DNA of 64,000 nucleotides from Candidatus Latescibacterota bacterium (GCA_965200315.1 OZ241362.1:448001-512000), one strand, 5' to 3'; numbered from the stretch's first letter, positions 19,377-29,415 are shown. The notes: generated by a model not told the origin, from the letters alone. Translations and numbers: made by a program.

Positions 19377-20656
19377 TGCCCCGGCGGAAAGGCAATCACC
19401 TCGTCTAAGCAAGACGCGCCGGCAACGATCACAACCAGCCGATCCAACCCCAAGGCCACGCCACCAGCCGGTGGAATGCCTCGTTCCATAGCCGTGAGAA
19501 ACGCCTCGTCGGCCGGTGCCTGCCCCAGTCGCACACCCCGTGCAAAGCGCTCGCGCTGTTGGGCTGGATCGTTTAACTCGGTATAGCCGTTTGATAGCTC
19601 CACTCCCCCCAAGTACGCCTCCGTCCTCTCGGCTACTGTCGGATTGCCTTCTCTTAGCTTGGCCAATGCGGCTAGCTGCCAAGGATAATCGAAAAGGTGG
19701 ACAGTTCCTAGTTTGGCTAGCTCTGGTTCGACTTTTTCCAGCAGGATCTTGTGGAATAGATCTTCCCAACTATCCCCTCGTCTAGCGCTGTCATAGCCCA
19801 GAGCATGAGCGCGGCGAAAAAGCGACTCCGCGTCTGTACAGGCATCCAAATCAATGTCGGCCCAGCGCGCAAAAGCATCGCGGACGCGGACCCGCTCCCA
19901 CGGCGGCTGCAGGCCGATCGCGCGTCCTGCTCGGACCACGCTCGACCGCCCCAAAACGCTTTTCGCAACATGCGACACCAAATTCTCGACATCGGCCATG
20001 ATTTCTTCGTAACTAGCGTACGCCCGATACCATTCGATTAGGGTAAACTCGGGATTGTGTTGCGGTCCTATCTCCCCGTTGCGGTACGAGCGGCCAATCT
20101 GGTAAATCCGCTCAAAGCCCACCCCTAGCAATCGCTTCATGTATAGCTCGGGAGAGGGGGCCAGATAAAGCTGTTCTTGCGCCTTGTCGCCTTGGTATTC
20201 TGTGGCGAATAACTGGATGTGCTCCTCTTGCGCCGAGGCGCGGGCCAACGTGGGCGTCTCCACCGCGAGAAAGCTTGCATCCTTGAAAAAACCGCGTACA
20301 GCGTCTAACACTGCGGCCCGCACTCGCATGTTCTCCCACAGTCCATTGGCGTGGAATCGCGCCCAATCTCCTTGGTCCCAATCCGCTCGACTAGAAGCTA
20401 ACAAACGAATTTGAGTAACATCTATAACTCCTTCTGCAACAATCCCATATAACTCTACTATATCCCCGGCTTTTATCTCTTCTACCCGCGTCTTCACGCC
20501 GAAATCAATCTCCCCGCTCTCGTCTGCGATTCTCCCCTGCCCTTCGGCGAAGTGGAGGAGCCGCCCCCGCACAGCCACTTCCCCGACTGCGGTCGCCGCG
20601 GTGGCCGCAGGCTGGTGCCGCCACAACACCCGCGCTGGATAATGCCTAGCGTACAT
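19373..20656 (-). CDS. epmA: EF-P lysine aminoacylase (EpmA/GenX) with an N-terminal OB-fold-like extension
   Basis: [45 protein letters not shown]. Confidence 0.8.
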   Translation of the reverse strand: MYARHYPARVLWRHQPAATAATAVGEVAVRGRLLHFAEGQGRIADESGEIDFGVKTRVEEIKAGDIVELYGIVAEGVIDVTQIRLLASSRADWDQGDWARFHANGLWENMRVRAAVLDAVRGFFKDASFLAVETPTLARASAQEEHIQLFATEYQGDKAQEQLYLAPSPELYMKRLLGVGFERIYQIGRSYRNGEIGPQHNPEFTLIEWYRAYASYEEIMADVENLVSHVAKSVLGRSSVVRAGRAIGLQPPWERVRVRDAFARWADIDLDACTDAESLFRRAHALGYDSARRGDSWEDLFHKILLEKVEPELAKLGTVHLFDYPWQLAALAKLREGNPTVAERTEAYLGGVELSNGYTELNDPAQQRERFARGVRLGQAPADEAFLTAMERGIPPAGGVALGLDRLVVIVAGASCLDEVIAFPPGH

Positions 20657-20670
20657 TGCACTTTTCTCAC

Positions 20671-20712
20671 AAAAAACCCTTCTCCTCCAGCGAACGCGCC
20701 AGTAGAGAAGGG
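20671..20712 (-). terminator. Intrinsic terminator after clpX
   Basis: CCCTTCTC/GAGAAGGG stem followed by T6 on the - strand. Confidence 0.75.
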
Positions 20713-20744
20713 ACCTAGTTAAAGCTCAACGCCTAGTTTGAAAA

Positions 20745-21971
20745 TCAAGCTCGCTTCTTGTTGTACACGAAGGTGGGCGGGGCCTTATTTTCGATGAATT
20801 CCTTGGTAATGACGCATTCGGCGATGTCGTTTCGGGCTGGGAGATCGAACATGATTTCAAACATGGCGGTCTCTAAAACCGCCCGCAGACCACGCGCACC
20901 CATTTCCTTTTCTTGGGTTAATTCGACGACCTTGTACAGCGCCTCCTCCTCAAACCGCAGTGCAATGCCGTCCATTTCAAACAGTTTCTGGTACTGTTTG
21001 ACGAGTGCGTTCCGCGGTTTGAGCAGGATGTCCATTAGCGCCTTATCGCTCAGGGGGTGCAAGATACCCACCACTGGCAAGCGGCCAATTAACTCGGGAA
21101 TCAGGCCGTACTGGATCAATTCTTCGGGTTCGACTCGCGCCAACAGATTGGCCCCACTCACTTCCTCGCGGTCGTCGAAGGGGCTGCCAAAGCCCATGGA
21201 CTTGGTCCCGATGCGTTGGCTGATAATTTTATCTAGCCCATCGAAAGCCCCGCCGCAGATAAAGAGAATGTTTTTGGTGTTTATTTGCACCAAAGGCTGT
21301 TCGGGATGCTTGCGCCCTCCCTTCGGCGGCACCCCCGATACGGTTCCCTCTAAGATCTTGAGGAGTTCCTGTTGGACGCCTTCGCCTGAAACGTCGCGGG
21401 TTATGGAGGGATTGCCGGATTTGCGGGCGACTTTGTCCAGCTCGTCGATAAACAAAATCCCGCACTCGGCTTGTTTGACATCGTAATCCGCGGCTTGGAG
21501 GAGCCGCACGAGGATATTTTCCACGTCCTCGCCTACGTACCCGGCCTCGGTGAGGACCGTAGCATCGACGATCGCAAAAGGCACTTGTAATATGCGCGCC
21601 AATGTCTCCGCCAAAAGCGTCTTGCCCACTCCGGTGGGGCCGATGAGCAGAATATTGCTCTTGCTGAGCTGGACATCCGCAGCACCGGAATGCACCCGCT
21701 TGTAGTGGTTGTACACGGCGACCGAAAGCGCCTTTTTAGCGCGTTCTTGGCCGATAATGTGCGCGTCGAGATGGGCCTTGATTTCGGCCGGCTTGGGCAG
21801 GGGACGGCCATTGAGATTAGGCTCGTGCTTGTCGTCCTCTGCCAGCCTCTCATTGCACAAGCCGATGCACTCACTGCATATATACACTGAGGGGCCCTGA
21901 ATGACCTTCTCGACTTGGTCGCCCCCCTTACCGCAGAACGAACAGGCTATATCGGACGTTTTTTTACCCAT
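20745..21971 (-). CDS. clpX: ATP-dependent Clp protease ATP-binding subunit ClpX
   Basis: CSFC..ICSEC zinc finger, [22 protein letters not shown] loop. Confidence 0.98.
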   Translation of the reverse strand: MGKKTSDIACSFCGKGGDQVEKVIQGPSVYICSECIGLCNERLAEDDKHEPNLNGRPLPKPAEIKAHLDAHIIGQERAKKALSVAVYNHYKRVHSGAADVQLSKSNILLIGPTGVGKTLLAETLARILQVPFAIVDATVLTEAGYVGEDVENILVRLLQAADYDVKQAECGILFIDELDKVARKSGNPSITRDVSGEGVQQELLKILEGTVSGVPPKGGRKHPEQPLVQINTKNILFICGGAFDGLDKIISQRIGTKSMGFGSPFDDREEVSGANLLARVEPEELIQYGLIPELIGRLPVVGILHPLSDKALMDILLKPRNALVKQYQKLFEMDGIALRFEEEALYKVVELTQEKEMGARGLRAVLETAMFEIMFDLPARNDIAECVITKEFIENKAPPTFVYNKKRA

Positions 21972-21977
21972 CTCCCC

Positions 21978-22601
21978 CTACAGCCTGCCCTCGTCTCCTT
22001 GGGAGTCCGGGACCCTATCTTCGCTCTCAGCGGAATCGCCATCGACGTTTTCGACCGCCTCGATTTCGTCGGGGATCTCTGTCCCCTCAACCGAGGCCGT
22101 CTCCTCTTCGGCTTTGTCTTGGCCAGCCTTCATCACGTTGATGGCTTGGAATCCCTTGGCGGTGCGGGTCACCATGAACTCAACTTCATCATCTTGGGTC
22201 AAACTCCGGTCCCAAGATGAGATATCGCGCCAGTGGACGAAGACATCGACATGGCTGTCTGTCGAGATAAAACCATATCCCTTATCATTGTTAAACCACT
22301 TGACTATGCCACGAGTCCAGGTGTTTTCTGCCAAGGCGCGGCGTTCGTGCGGCGGGGGGCTGCTCTCTGTGCTGCTGGGAAGCGGACGAGATGGCTGTTT
22401 TTTTCCCTCGCTCTCTAGAACGCGGGCGAGCAGGTCTTGCTTGAGCCCTTGACCACCTTCGGCATCTTGGATCATCCATTCGACAGCCGTCATTATACCT
22501 ATGACGTAAGGACTATCGTTGCCATAGAGCTTGCGAGCGTCCCCTATGCGTTGAGCCAATTCGCTCACCGCCGTGCTTTCCAAGTGTATTGAACTACCCA
22601 A
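21978..22601 (-). CDS. Cold-shock-domain protein with an N-terminal extension and acidic tail
   Basis: GIVKWFNNDKGYGFI..DVFVHW; TTG start with a GGAGG RBS. Confidence 0.85.
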   Translation of the reverse strand: MGSSIHLESTAVSELAQRIGDARKLYGNDSPYVIGIMTAVEWMIQDAEGGQGLKQDLLARVLESEGKKQPSRPLPSSTESSPPPHERRALAENTWTRGIVKWFNNDKGYGFISTDSHVDVFVHWRDISSWDRSLTQDDEVEFMVTRTAKGFQAINVMKAGQDKAEEETASVEGTEIPDEIEAVENVDGDSAESEDRVPDSQGDEGRL

Positions 22602-22676
22602 TTAATCTATTCCTCCTACCCTTAAAAGGGCCTTGAGTACCTCGTACCACAGTTCGAGATGTAAGGTGTAGTTAAG

Positions 22677-22710
22677 CAATTGAGATAGGTTTGTCAACCT
22701 ATCTCAATTG
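22677..22710. repeat. Perfect 15-bp inverted repeat CAATTGAGATAGGTT-TGTC-AACCTATCTCAATTG
   Basis: Read directly from the sequence; overlaps the stop codon of 22699..24081. Confidence 0.9.
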
Positions 22711-24081
22711 GTATTGCTTGACCCCTTGGTAGATGGTTTGGCCGCTCACTTTCGCGATGCCTGTGAGTGGCACGGCGATCAGCATCCCGACGATGCCCAT
22801 CAACTGGCTTCCCACCATGACGACAAAAAGGACGACCAACGGGTGCAGCTCGACGCTTTTGGCCACCATCGTAGGTTGAATGAGCACGTTGTCTATCAGT
22901 TGAATAACCAAGAACATGACGATCACTTTGGCCACCATCGCCAAGCCACCGCCGGTAGCCAAGGCCACAATCGAAGAACAGACGATCCCGATCAATGGCC
23001 CGAGAAACGGGATTACGTTGGCCAACCCGGCGAGCATCCCCAAAGGTAGGGCATAATAGACGCCAAGAATGGACAAGCCGCTAATCGCGAGCACCGATAC
23101 GACGAGGACGGCCAAAAGCTGGCCACGAATGTAATTCCCGATCTGCTTATTGGCTTGGTATATCAGGTTTAGGCACAATTCAAAATAGGCGTTGGGAACC
23201 AGTGCCATCAGGCACCGCGTCAAGCGCCGTCCTTCTTTGAGAAAGAAAAAGGCCACAAACGGCACGATCACCACAAAAGTAAGGCCCGAGATCACGCCTT
23301 CAATAAATAGCGTAGTGCCTCCCAACATGGTCCTCATCAGCCGCTCACCATGCTCTCGAATCAACTCGGCGAGGCGGAAATCGCTTCCTAAATAGGGCTG
23401 TAACATAGGCTCAATTTTTGCAGCTCTGGTGCTGGCTTCCGCCAAGATCCTATCGCCGATTTCCACCAAGACGTTGGGGTCGGCCTCGCCGAAGCCAATA
23501 TCGGTACGCGAAAACACAACAGAACCCAACCTACCGGCTTGGCCTCCTGCGGCCACACCGCCATTGCCGTAGACGCTAATGCGCTGACTATGCTCGGCAT
23601 GGCCCTGCGAGTACGCGATCAGGAGCGCGTTTGCAGCCGGTGCTTGGTCCTTGGGCACAAAGCGCAGGAGAACGACCAACTCCTCCGTGGGAGCGATCTC
23701 TAGCGGCCAGCGGTGTTCGTCTCTTAGGACAAACGGCTGATCCCGAGCATCGTCTTCCCAAGCCATCCCGTAGATGATTAGAGGTTTGTCGCCGGTGTTG
23801 GCGATGGTAAAAACCCTATCTACCGTTTCTCCAGTCAGCTTGTCTCCAACCTTGAATGCGCCTAGCCCCAACCCCGCAAAAACGAGCGAAAAGACGAGCA
23901 GAGTACTCCAAGCCCGCCCCAATCCCCTCCTCTCCATCCAATCGATGATTGGGTAGAGGACATAGGCCAAGATAAAAGCCAAAACGAAAGGAGTGAGGAT
24001 GCCGCGAATCTCATATACAAACCATCCGCCGACCGCTACGACCACCAAGGCGAGTACTAATTTAACTTGCCAATTCATCAT
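22699..24081 (-). CDS. AI-2E (PerM/TqsA) family transporter with an inserted Ig-like soluble domain
   Basis: LAFILAYVLYP, YIRGQLL, NVIPFLGP, LHPLVV..G..GIVGMLIAVP; ~120-aa beta-rich insertion. Confidence 0.88.
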   Translation of the reverse strand: MMNWQVKLVLALVVVAVGGWFVYEIRGILTPFVLAFILAYVLYPIIDWMERRGLGRAWSTLLVFSLVFAGLGLGAFKVGDKLTGETVDRVFTIANTGDKPLIIYGMAWEDDARDQPFVLRDEHRWPLEIAPTEELVVLLRFVPKDQAPAANALLIAYSQGHAEHSQRISVYGNGGVAAGGQAGRLGSVVFSRTDIGFGEADPNVLVEIGDRILAEASTRAAKIEPMLQPYLGSDFRLAELIREHGERLMRTMLGGTTLFIEGVISGLTFVVIVPFVAFFFLKEGRRLTRCLMALVPNAYFELCLNLIYQANKQIGNYIRGQLLAVLVVSVLAISGLSILGVYYALPLGMLAGLANVIPFLGPLIGIVCSSIVALATGGGLAMVAKVIVMFLVIQLIDNVLIQPTMVAKSVELHPLVVLFVVMVGSQLMGIVGMLIAVPLTGIAKVSGQTIYQGVKQYQLR

Positions 24082-24656
24082 TGAATACTGCCTGTGCGCC
24101 GCACACCTTTTAACAGGCGCTCAGAGTCGCGCAACTGCTCCGAGAGTTTCTCTATGACTTCGAGTAGGTCGGTCGAGATGGCTTGCGCCAAGCCTTCGAC
24201 GATCTTCAAGGCAAGCGGGGTATTGCTTTCTATGAGTTCGAGTAAGTCGGGGCGGCAAAAAATGAGGAGACTACAAGGTTGGAGGGCGTAAGCTGAAGCG
24301 GGGCGCGGCGATTCATCTACGAGGGCCTGGGCACCAAAAAAATTCCCCCGGGTTAAGGTGGCTAGCTGCTTCTCAAACCCATCGTCGCCCATCTGTACGA
24401 TCCGTACTTGGCCGGAGGCGACGATGTACATCCCCATCCCGGGATCTCCTTGGTTGATAATCGCCTCGCCAGCGCACCAATCCCGCGGCCCATAGAGCAT
24501 CTCTTCTATCTTGTGCAACTCGCGCCCGCTTAGTTCCTGAAAAATGGGCACTTGCTGCAAGAGCTTGCAGGCGGCGGTTTCTTCCGCCTTGTGGCCGCTC
24601 CTTACGCGCTCTTGCAGACGACGAAGGACATGCCTCCAGAGAGAATCAGACGGCAT
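24078..24656 (-). CDS. Cyclic nucleotide-binding domain protein (no HTH)
   Basis: IINQGDPGMGMYIVASGQV..GNFFGAQALVDESPRPASA. Confidence 0.88.
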   Translation of the reverse strand: MPSDSLWRHVLRRLQERVRSGHKAEETAACKLLQQVPIFQELSGRELHKIEEMLYGPRDWCAGEAIINQGDPGMGMYIVASGQVRIVQMGDDGFEKQLATLTRGNFFGAQALVDESPRPASAYALQPCSLLIFCRPDLLELIESNTPLALKIVEGLAQAISTDLLEVIEKLSEQLRDSERLLKGVRRTGSIQ

Positions 24657-24710
24657 GCTTAGGACTCCCGCTTAGACAGGTAACGCCCCACGTCCTCTCG
24701 TCCACACAAA

Positions 24711-25037
24711 CTAGACCAAGGCGGCCTCTAGCTTTTCGGTGATTTGCCCTTTGGGGATGGCACCAATGATCTGGTCGGCGACTTTACCCTCCTTGAAAAT
24801 GAGCAAGGTAGGAATGCTACGGATGCCGAATTCGGCCGCTGTTTTCTGGGCCGCGTCGACGTCCAATTTGCCCACTTTGGCCCGGCCTTCGTATTCGCTG
24901 CTCAATTCTTGGACAATCGGTGCGATCATTCGGCACGGCCCGCACCACGTCGCCCAAAAATCCACGAGCACGGGCTGGCTGGCGCTGAGGACTTCGGCAC
25001 TGAAATTGTCATCGGTTAAGACGATAGGTTCGCTCAC
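24711..25037 (-). CDS. trxA: Thioredoxin
   Basis: FWATWCGPC, IRSIPTL. Confidence 0.97.
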   Translation of the reverse strand: MSEPIVLTDDNFSAEVLSASQPVLVDFWATWCGPCRMIAPIVQELSSEYEGRAKVGKLDVDAAQKTAAEFGIRSIPTLLIFKEGKVADQIIGAIPKGQITEKLEAALV

Positions 25038-25106
25038 GGTAGATCATCCTTTGCTTGTTAGTTTATACTTTTCAACATGTTATAAACACAACACCTTGTG
25101 TTTCAC

Positions 25107-25135
25107 ATTATAGTTGCAGCACTACCCATTGTCAA
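25107..25135 (-). promoter_or_regulatory. Consensus sigma-70 promoter for trxA
   Basis: TTGACA-17 nt-TATAAT on the - strand. Confidence 0.85.
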
Positions 25136-26157
25136 GCTCGGTGCTTCCTGCACAACTTAGTCACCAACAGATCCAAAACCAGATGCTCTTGGCGTCGTCC
25201 CTGCGATTTCAGACGCCAATCGGCTTCTCTCAAGGCACTCAACGCCGCCCACAGCCAAGAGGCAGAACGCCGCTGGGCCTGCTCCAAATACCCGGGCAAA
25301 AAGAACGGTGCAACCCCCAATTCAGCGGCCATTTTGTCGCGTGGTAGCGACTGGTCCATTAGCCCCTTAGCCTTGAGCAAAAGCTGGAAGTGGCGGGTGA
25401 CCATGGCTACGGCGCGAGTTGGCTCTTCTCCTTGGCTGAGAAACTTTTGCATCAGCTTTTGGGCTAGCTTGCCCTGCCCTTTGCCGAGGGCATCGGCGAG
25501 TTCAAACACGCTAGCCCCGCGCGTGATGCCAGCGACTTGTTCGACCGCAGAGGCGGAGATCGGCCGGCCCACCCCGACGAAACTGACCAATTTTTCTATC
25601 TCGCTGACCAGCTCTCTTGGCTTGGCCCCTACGTACTGGCTGAGTAGCTGGACGGCCGCAAGCTCGATCTGCACTTCCTGACGCTTCGCGTACCGCTGTA
25701 TCCACTGCGGTACTTGGTTGTCGTAGGGCGGCCTAAATTCTAGCCCGCGACCTCGTCGCGAAAGTTCGCGAAAGAACTTCCGCCGCATATCGACTTTTTG
25801 GCCCACTACCAAGAGGCGACTGGTCTCCACCGGCGTTGCAAATACGCGCTCCAAGCCGCGACACTGGTCGGTCGTCAGAGCCTCGGCATCGCGCAGCACA
25901 ATTAGCCGACTCTCGGCCATCATGGGATAGGTCTCATAGATCTGAAAAAAATCCAGCACCTCTAGGCGTTCAGCTCTCAGTACGTCGAGATTAAAATCCC
26001 GCGTCTGAGCTGGCACCAAAGCTTCGATCATAGACGCGACCAAAGCTTCGCGTCCGTATTCCTCGTCCCCGTGCAGCAAATAAAAAGGCCGAACATCCCC
26101 CTTGGAGATTTCGGCTAGCAGTGCATCGGGACTTAGCCCTTTGGCTCTCTTAGCCAC
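25132..26157 (-). CDS. holA: DNA polymerase III delta subunit
   Basis: YLLHGDEEY, PMMAESRLIVLR, EIEKL, VFELADAL, ADWRLKS; GTG start inferred. Confidence 0.9.
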   Translation of the reverse strand: MAKRAKGLSPDALLAEISKGDVRPFYLLHGDEEYGREALVASMIEALVPAQTRDFNLDVLRAERLEVLDFFQIYETYPMMAESRLIVLRDAEALTTDQCRGLERVFATPVETSRLLVVGQKVDMRRKFFRELSRRGRGLEFRPPYDNQVPQWIQRYAKRQEVQIELAAVQLLSQYVGAKPRELVSEIEKLVSFVGVGRPISASAVEQVAGITRGASVFELADALGKGQGKLAQKLMQKFLSQGEEPTRAVAMVTRHFQLLLKAKGLMDQSLPRDKMAAELGVAPFFLPGYLEQAQRRSASWLWAALSALREADWRLKSQGRRQEHLVLDLLVTKLCRKHRA

Positions 26158-26344
26158 GATCTTTGCGTTCGACCTCTTTTTCGTCCAATATGCTGTATTC
26201 GGCCTCGGCGACTCGGCTCGGATCAATGCTGCTGCGCTTGTTGGATGCGCCGCGGCGAGGACCGCTTCTTAGCTGCCGGTACACGGCATAACACAGCAGC
26301 ACGATGGCCGTCGCCAGCAGCAATTTGAACAACGCGAACATCAT
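26150..26344 (-). CDS. Small single-TM membrane protein
   Basis: GGGGTGAG RBS; MMFALFKLLLATAIVLLCYAVY..VAEAEYSILDE. Confidence 0.6.
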   Translation of the reverse strand: MMFALFKLLLATAIVLLCYAVYRQLRSGPRRGASNKRSSIDPSRVAEAEYSILDEKEVERKDRG

Positions 26345-26383
26345 GGTTTGCTCACCCCTTCCTGCTGCGCGGGCATTGAACAC

Positions 26384-26413
26384 AAAAAGCTCCCCCTGTT
26401 ACCGGGGGAGCTC
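26384..26413 (-). terminator. Intrinsic terminator
   Basis: AGCTCCCCC/GGGGGAGCT stem followed by a T-run on the - strand. Confidence 0.85.
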
Positions 26414-26438
26414 TAAGCGCAGCGGGCAACGGACTCAG

Positions 26439-26891
26439 CTAGTTTGCGGCTTCCCACTTGAGCGGGAAGGGTTCGGTCTTGCCGGCATCCTCCCAAATTT
26501 TCTTCAAGTTGGCATACACGGTGACAAATTCTTCTTCGACGACCGAAATGCTCTTTTGGGCATTGGGCACAAACGTCGGGAAGTCCGGCTCGACCAGCTT
26601 GCGCATCGCCGCCTTCAAGGCCCGCTTCTTTTTATTGTTCAAGGCTCGGAGATATTTGTCCTCCAGTTCGATTTTCTCCAGTTCGTCGAGCAAGGTCTGC
26701 ATGACCTGATTGACGTCGTGGGCCTGAGAGGTCATGCCCTCGGTCGTTAGGTAGACCTGATAGCGCATTAGCTGTTGGCTATGGTTATTCAAGCCCTGCA
26801 AGGTCTGGATATAAGGGGTCAGTTCGTCTTTTTTGCTCCCACAGGCCAAAAGCCCACTGACGAGCGCGAATAGGATTAAATTTTTACGCAT
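26439..26891 (-). CDS. Hypothetical helical lipoprotein
   Basis: GAGGAG RBS; lipobox LLAC after a hydrophobic stretch. Confidence 0.85.
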   Translation of the reverse strand: MRKNLILFALVSGLLACGSKKDELTPYIQTLQGLNNHSQQLMRYQVYLTTEGMTSQAHDVNQVMQTLLDELEKIELEDKYLRALNNKKKRALKAAMRKLVEPDFPTFVPNAQKSISVVEEEFVTVYANLKKIWEDAGKTEPFPLKWEAAN

Positions 26892-26936
26892 GGTCTCCTC
26901 CATTTCCCAAAGACATTACGCATAATAAGCCCCAAC

Positions 26937-27797
26937 CTAATAATCTGTTGGGTATGCGTCAAATGGATGGCGACGGCGATAGAGCACTGCGTTCAATTCG
27001 CCACCCAACAATAATGAAAAAGCCAGCAAGTACGCGGACAGCAGGAGGATGATGGCCGTCCCGAGTACTCCATAGATGATATTGTAATAGCTAAACCGCT
27101 CGATGTAATCCAAGGCAATGGCAATGACCCCGACCAGCCCAGAAGACATCACACTCCCCGGCAACACGTCCAACCAGCGCAGGCGCACGGCGGGCATGAT
27201 GTAGTAAATACAGGCGGCCGTGGCGACCATGCCGATCACGACCACTGTACGCCTCAACAAGGCCACCAACGGAGAAAAGTGTGAGGAAGTCCAATAGTCC
27301 CGCAGCCAATTCTCGACGTGTTCGCCAAATATGATGAGATTAAAGAAAAAAACGAAAGAAATCCCCAAGACGACGATTACGGCGAGCGAAAGAATGCGCC
27401 GCTTGTAAAAAGACCGATGCTCTTGCACGCCGTAGGCTCGATTAAGCGCCATCATCGTAGTGGACATGCTGGCTGACGCCGGCCAGATGACGCCCAAGAA
27501 CCCGAGGACGAACAAACTTTGCGACGAGAGAAAGTTGATATTGTCTTCGACGGCCTCCAGCAGCGGAAAGGGGATGACAATGCCCAAAATTTCGAGGACT
27601 TGAATAAAATCCCCAGACGATATACCCAAGAAACCCAATAGGGCCGTCAGAAAGAGAATGCCCGGGAAAATGGTAAATATAAAGTCAAAGGCCATGGCCG
27701 GAGCCGCAGTCGTGCAATCGTGGCGGTACGTCGCCACCACGGCATCGCGGCCAACAGCTAGCCAGAAGGCGATTCGGCTTCTAAGCGCGTCTATCAC
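26937..27797 (-). CDS. YihY/virulence factor BrkB family membrane protein
   Basis: AMAF..IFTIFP, ALNRAYGV, YNIIYGVLG..LLGGELNA; GTG start overlaps the hisN stop. Confidence 0.88.
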   Translation of the reverse strand: MIDALRSRIAFWLAVGRDAVVATYRHDCTTAAPAMAFDFIFTIFPGILFLTALLGFLGISSGDFIQVLEILGIVIPFPLLEAVEDNINFLSSQSLFVLGFLGVIWPASASMSTTMMALNRAYGVQEHRSFYKRRILSLAVIVVLGISFVFFFNLIIFGEHVENWLRDYWTSSHFSPLVALLRRTVVVIGMVATAACIYYIMPAVRLRWLDVLPGSVMSSGLVGVIAIALDYIERFSYYNIIYGVLGTAIILLLSAYLLAFSLLLGGELNAVLYRRRHPFDAYPTDY

Positions 27798-28570
27798 TGC
27801 CGCTGTCCCAGATGCTCCATGATAGACGCAAAGAGATGCCCATTGGAAGAAAAGGCGTCCTTGCCGTATATCGTCGGCCCCCCCTGCCAATCGGTAAAGG
27901 TGCCGCCAGCTTCCTGCAGAATCGGCAACAGTGGGCCGCAATCCCACGGATTCATAATGGAGTCAAAACTGGCCTCAGCTCGGCCGGTGGCCACGAGAAT
28001 ATGGCCGTAACAATCGCCCCACCCCCGGCGTAGCCGAGTGCTGGCGACTAGTTGCTGCCACTGCTGCTCGCGGCCTTGTTCGGCAAAGCTCGGCCATGAC
28101 GTATAGCAGATGCAGGCCTGGTCCAACGCGGCTACCCCAGACACTGTCGCCCGCCGGCCATTCCACCAACAGCCCTCACCCCTAGCGGCCCACACCATCT
28201 CGTCAAGGGCTGGCATATAGCAACAGCCTACGTCAACCCCATCCGGCCCTTCCCGCGCGATAAGTACTCCGTAGAGCGGCACACCTTGGACAAAAGATTT
28301 CGTACCGTCAATGGGATCAATAAGCCAGCGCATACCGGAGCTTCCCTCAACTCGGCCAAATTCCTCGCCGACAATCCCATCGTCGGGATAGGCCCTAGCC
28401 AATAAGTCCCGTATCTTGGCCTCGGCTTCGCGATCGGCGACAGTCACCGGCGATAGGTCTTCCTTCCTCTCGGCGCGGACGCCCGACTGGAAGTAGCGCA
28501 AAGTGATCTTGCCTGCTTGCCAAGCCGCATCTACTGCAAAATCCAAACAACTCCGCAGCGACGCGCTCAA
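27794..28570 (-). CDS. hisN: Histidinol-phosphatase, inositol monophosphatase family
   Basis: SPVTVADREAE, GEEFG, WLIDPIDGTKSF, WGDCYG, PWD. Confidence 0.8.
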   Translation of the reverse strand: MSASLRSCLDFAVDAAWQAGKITLRYFQSGVRAERKEDLSPVTVADREAEAKIRDLLARAYPDDGIVGEEFGRVEGSSGMRWLIDPIDGTKSFVQGVPLYGVLIAREGPDGVDVGCCYMPALDEMVWAARGEGCWWNGRRATVSGVAALDQACICYTSWPSFAEQGREQQWQQLVASTRLRRGWGDCYGHILVATGRAEASFDSIMNPWDCGPLLPILQEAGGTFTDWQGGPTIYGKDAFSSNGHLFASIMEHLGQRQ

Positions 28571-29415
28571 CCCAAAATCTCTCGGCGCAGATCGGTGAGT
28601 AGCTGCAAGGCCGCGCGGATATCCCCGACTTGGTCCGGAGCGTATTCGCGCTCAATGGTCAGCGGCCCCTCGTACCCCAAATCGCGCAACTTCAAGAGGA
28701 AGGCCCTAATGTCGACGTCGCCTTGACCCAGCGGTGCGTCCTCATACCAAGGCTGGCCCGGGCGGCGCTCAATCGCGGCGTCTTTGCAGTGTACGCTACG
28801 GACAAAACGCCCCACCTGCTCCAAGGCCGCTAGCGGCGGGCCGGCTTGATAGAGGATCATATTGGCCGGGTCGAAATTGACCGCGAGGTTCTGGCGATCA
28901 ACCGCTTCGATAAAAGTGAGAAGTTCGTCGGCGGTCTCTTGACCGGTTTCTAGGTGAAAATACTGGCCGTGCCCCCGGCAGTGATCGCATACCGTGCGTG
29001 CAACTTCGACGACCGCGGCAAAATCCGAATCCGACGCCTCCGGTACAAAGCCCAAGTGCATACCGACAGCATCTACGCCTAGCGCAGCGGCAAAGTCCGC
29101 GATAGCCAGCGTCTCTTCGAGCCGGCGCTCCCGGCACTCTAAAGGCACGAGCCCGACCGTTTGCTGGGCGATCTCCGGCGTGGTGTAATCGTCGTCGGGA
29201 AAACCGGCGAAAACCACGCTGATTTCGATCCCGGCCGCGGCGAACTGGGCCTTGATTTCCGCTGTTTTCTCGGCAGTGCGAAAATCGCGACCCGGAGCGT
29301 GCAAATGCACTGTGGAAACCCCTAGCTCCTTCACCGAATCCAACCCGGCCCCTAAGCCCTCGTCAATCGAGGTAAATATGCCTGTTGCCCATTTATCCAT
29401 TTCGGTCCTCTCCAT
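28567..29415 (-). CDS. Sugar phosphate isomerase/epimerase (AP endonuclease 2 TIM barrel)
   Basis: LETGQE, NFDPANM, VHCKD, LTIERE. Confidence 0.88.
   Translation of the reverse strand: MERTEMDKWATGIFTSIDEGLGAGLDSVKELGVSTVHLHAPGRDFRTAEKTAEIKAQFAAAGIEISVVFAGFPDDDYTTPEIAQQTVGLVPLECRERRLEETLAIADFAAALGVDAVGMHLGFVPEASDSDFAAVVEVARTVCDHCRGHGQYFHLETGQETADELLTFIEAVDRQNLAVNFDPANMILYQAGPPLAALEQVGRFVRSVHCKDAAIERRPGQPWYEDAPLGQGDVDIRAFLLKLRDLGYEGPLTIEREYAPDQVGDIRAALQLLTDLRREILG

Noticed and set aside
25055-25681. 208-aa plus-strand ORF
   Set aside because: Antisense to holA and overlapping the trxA promoter.
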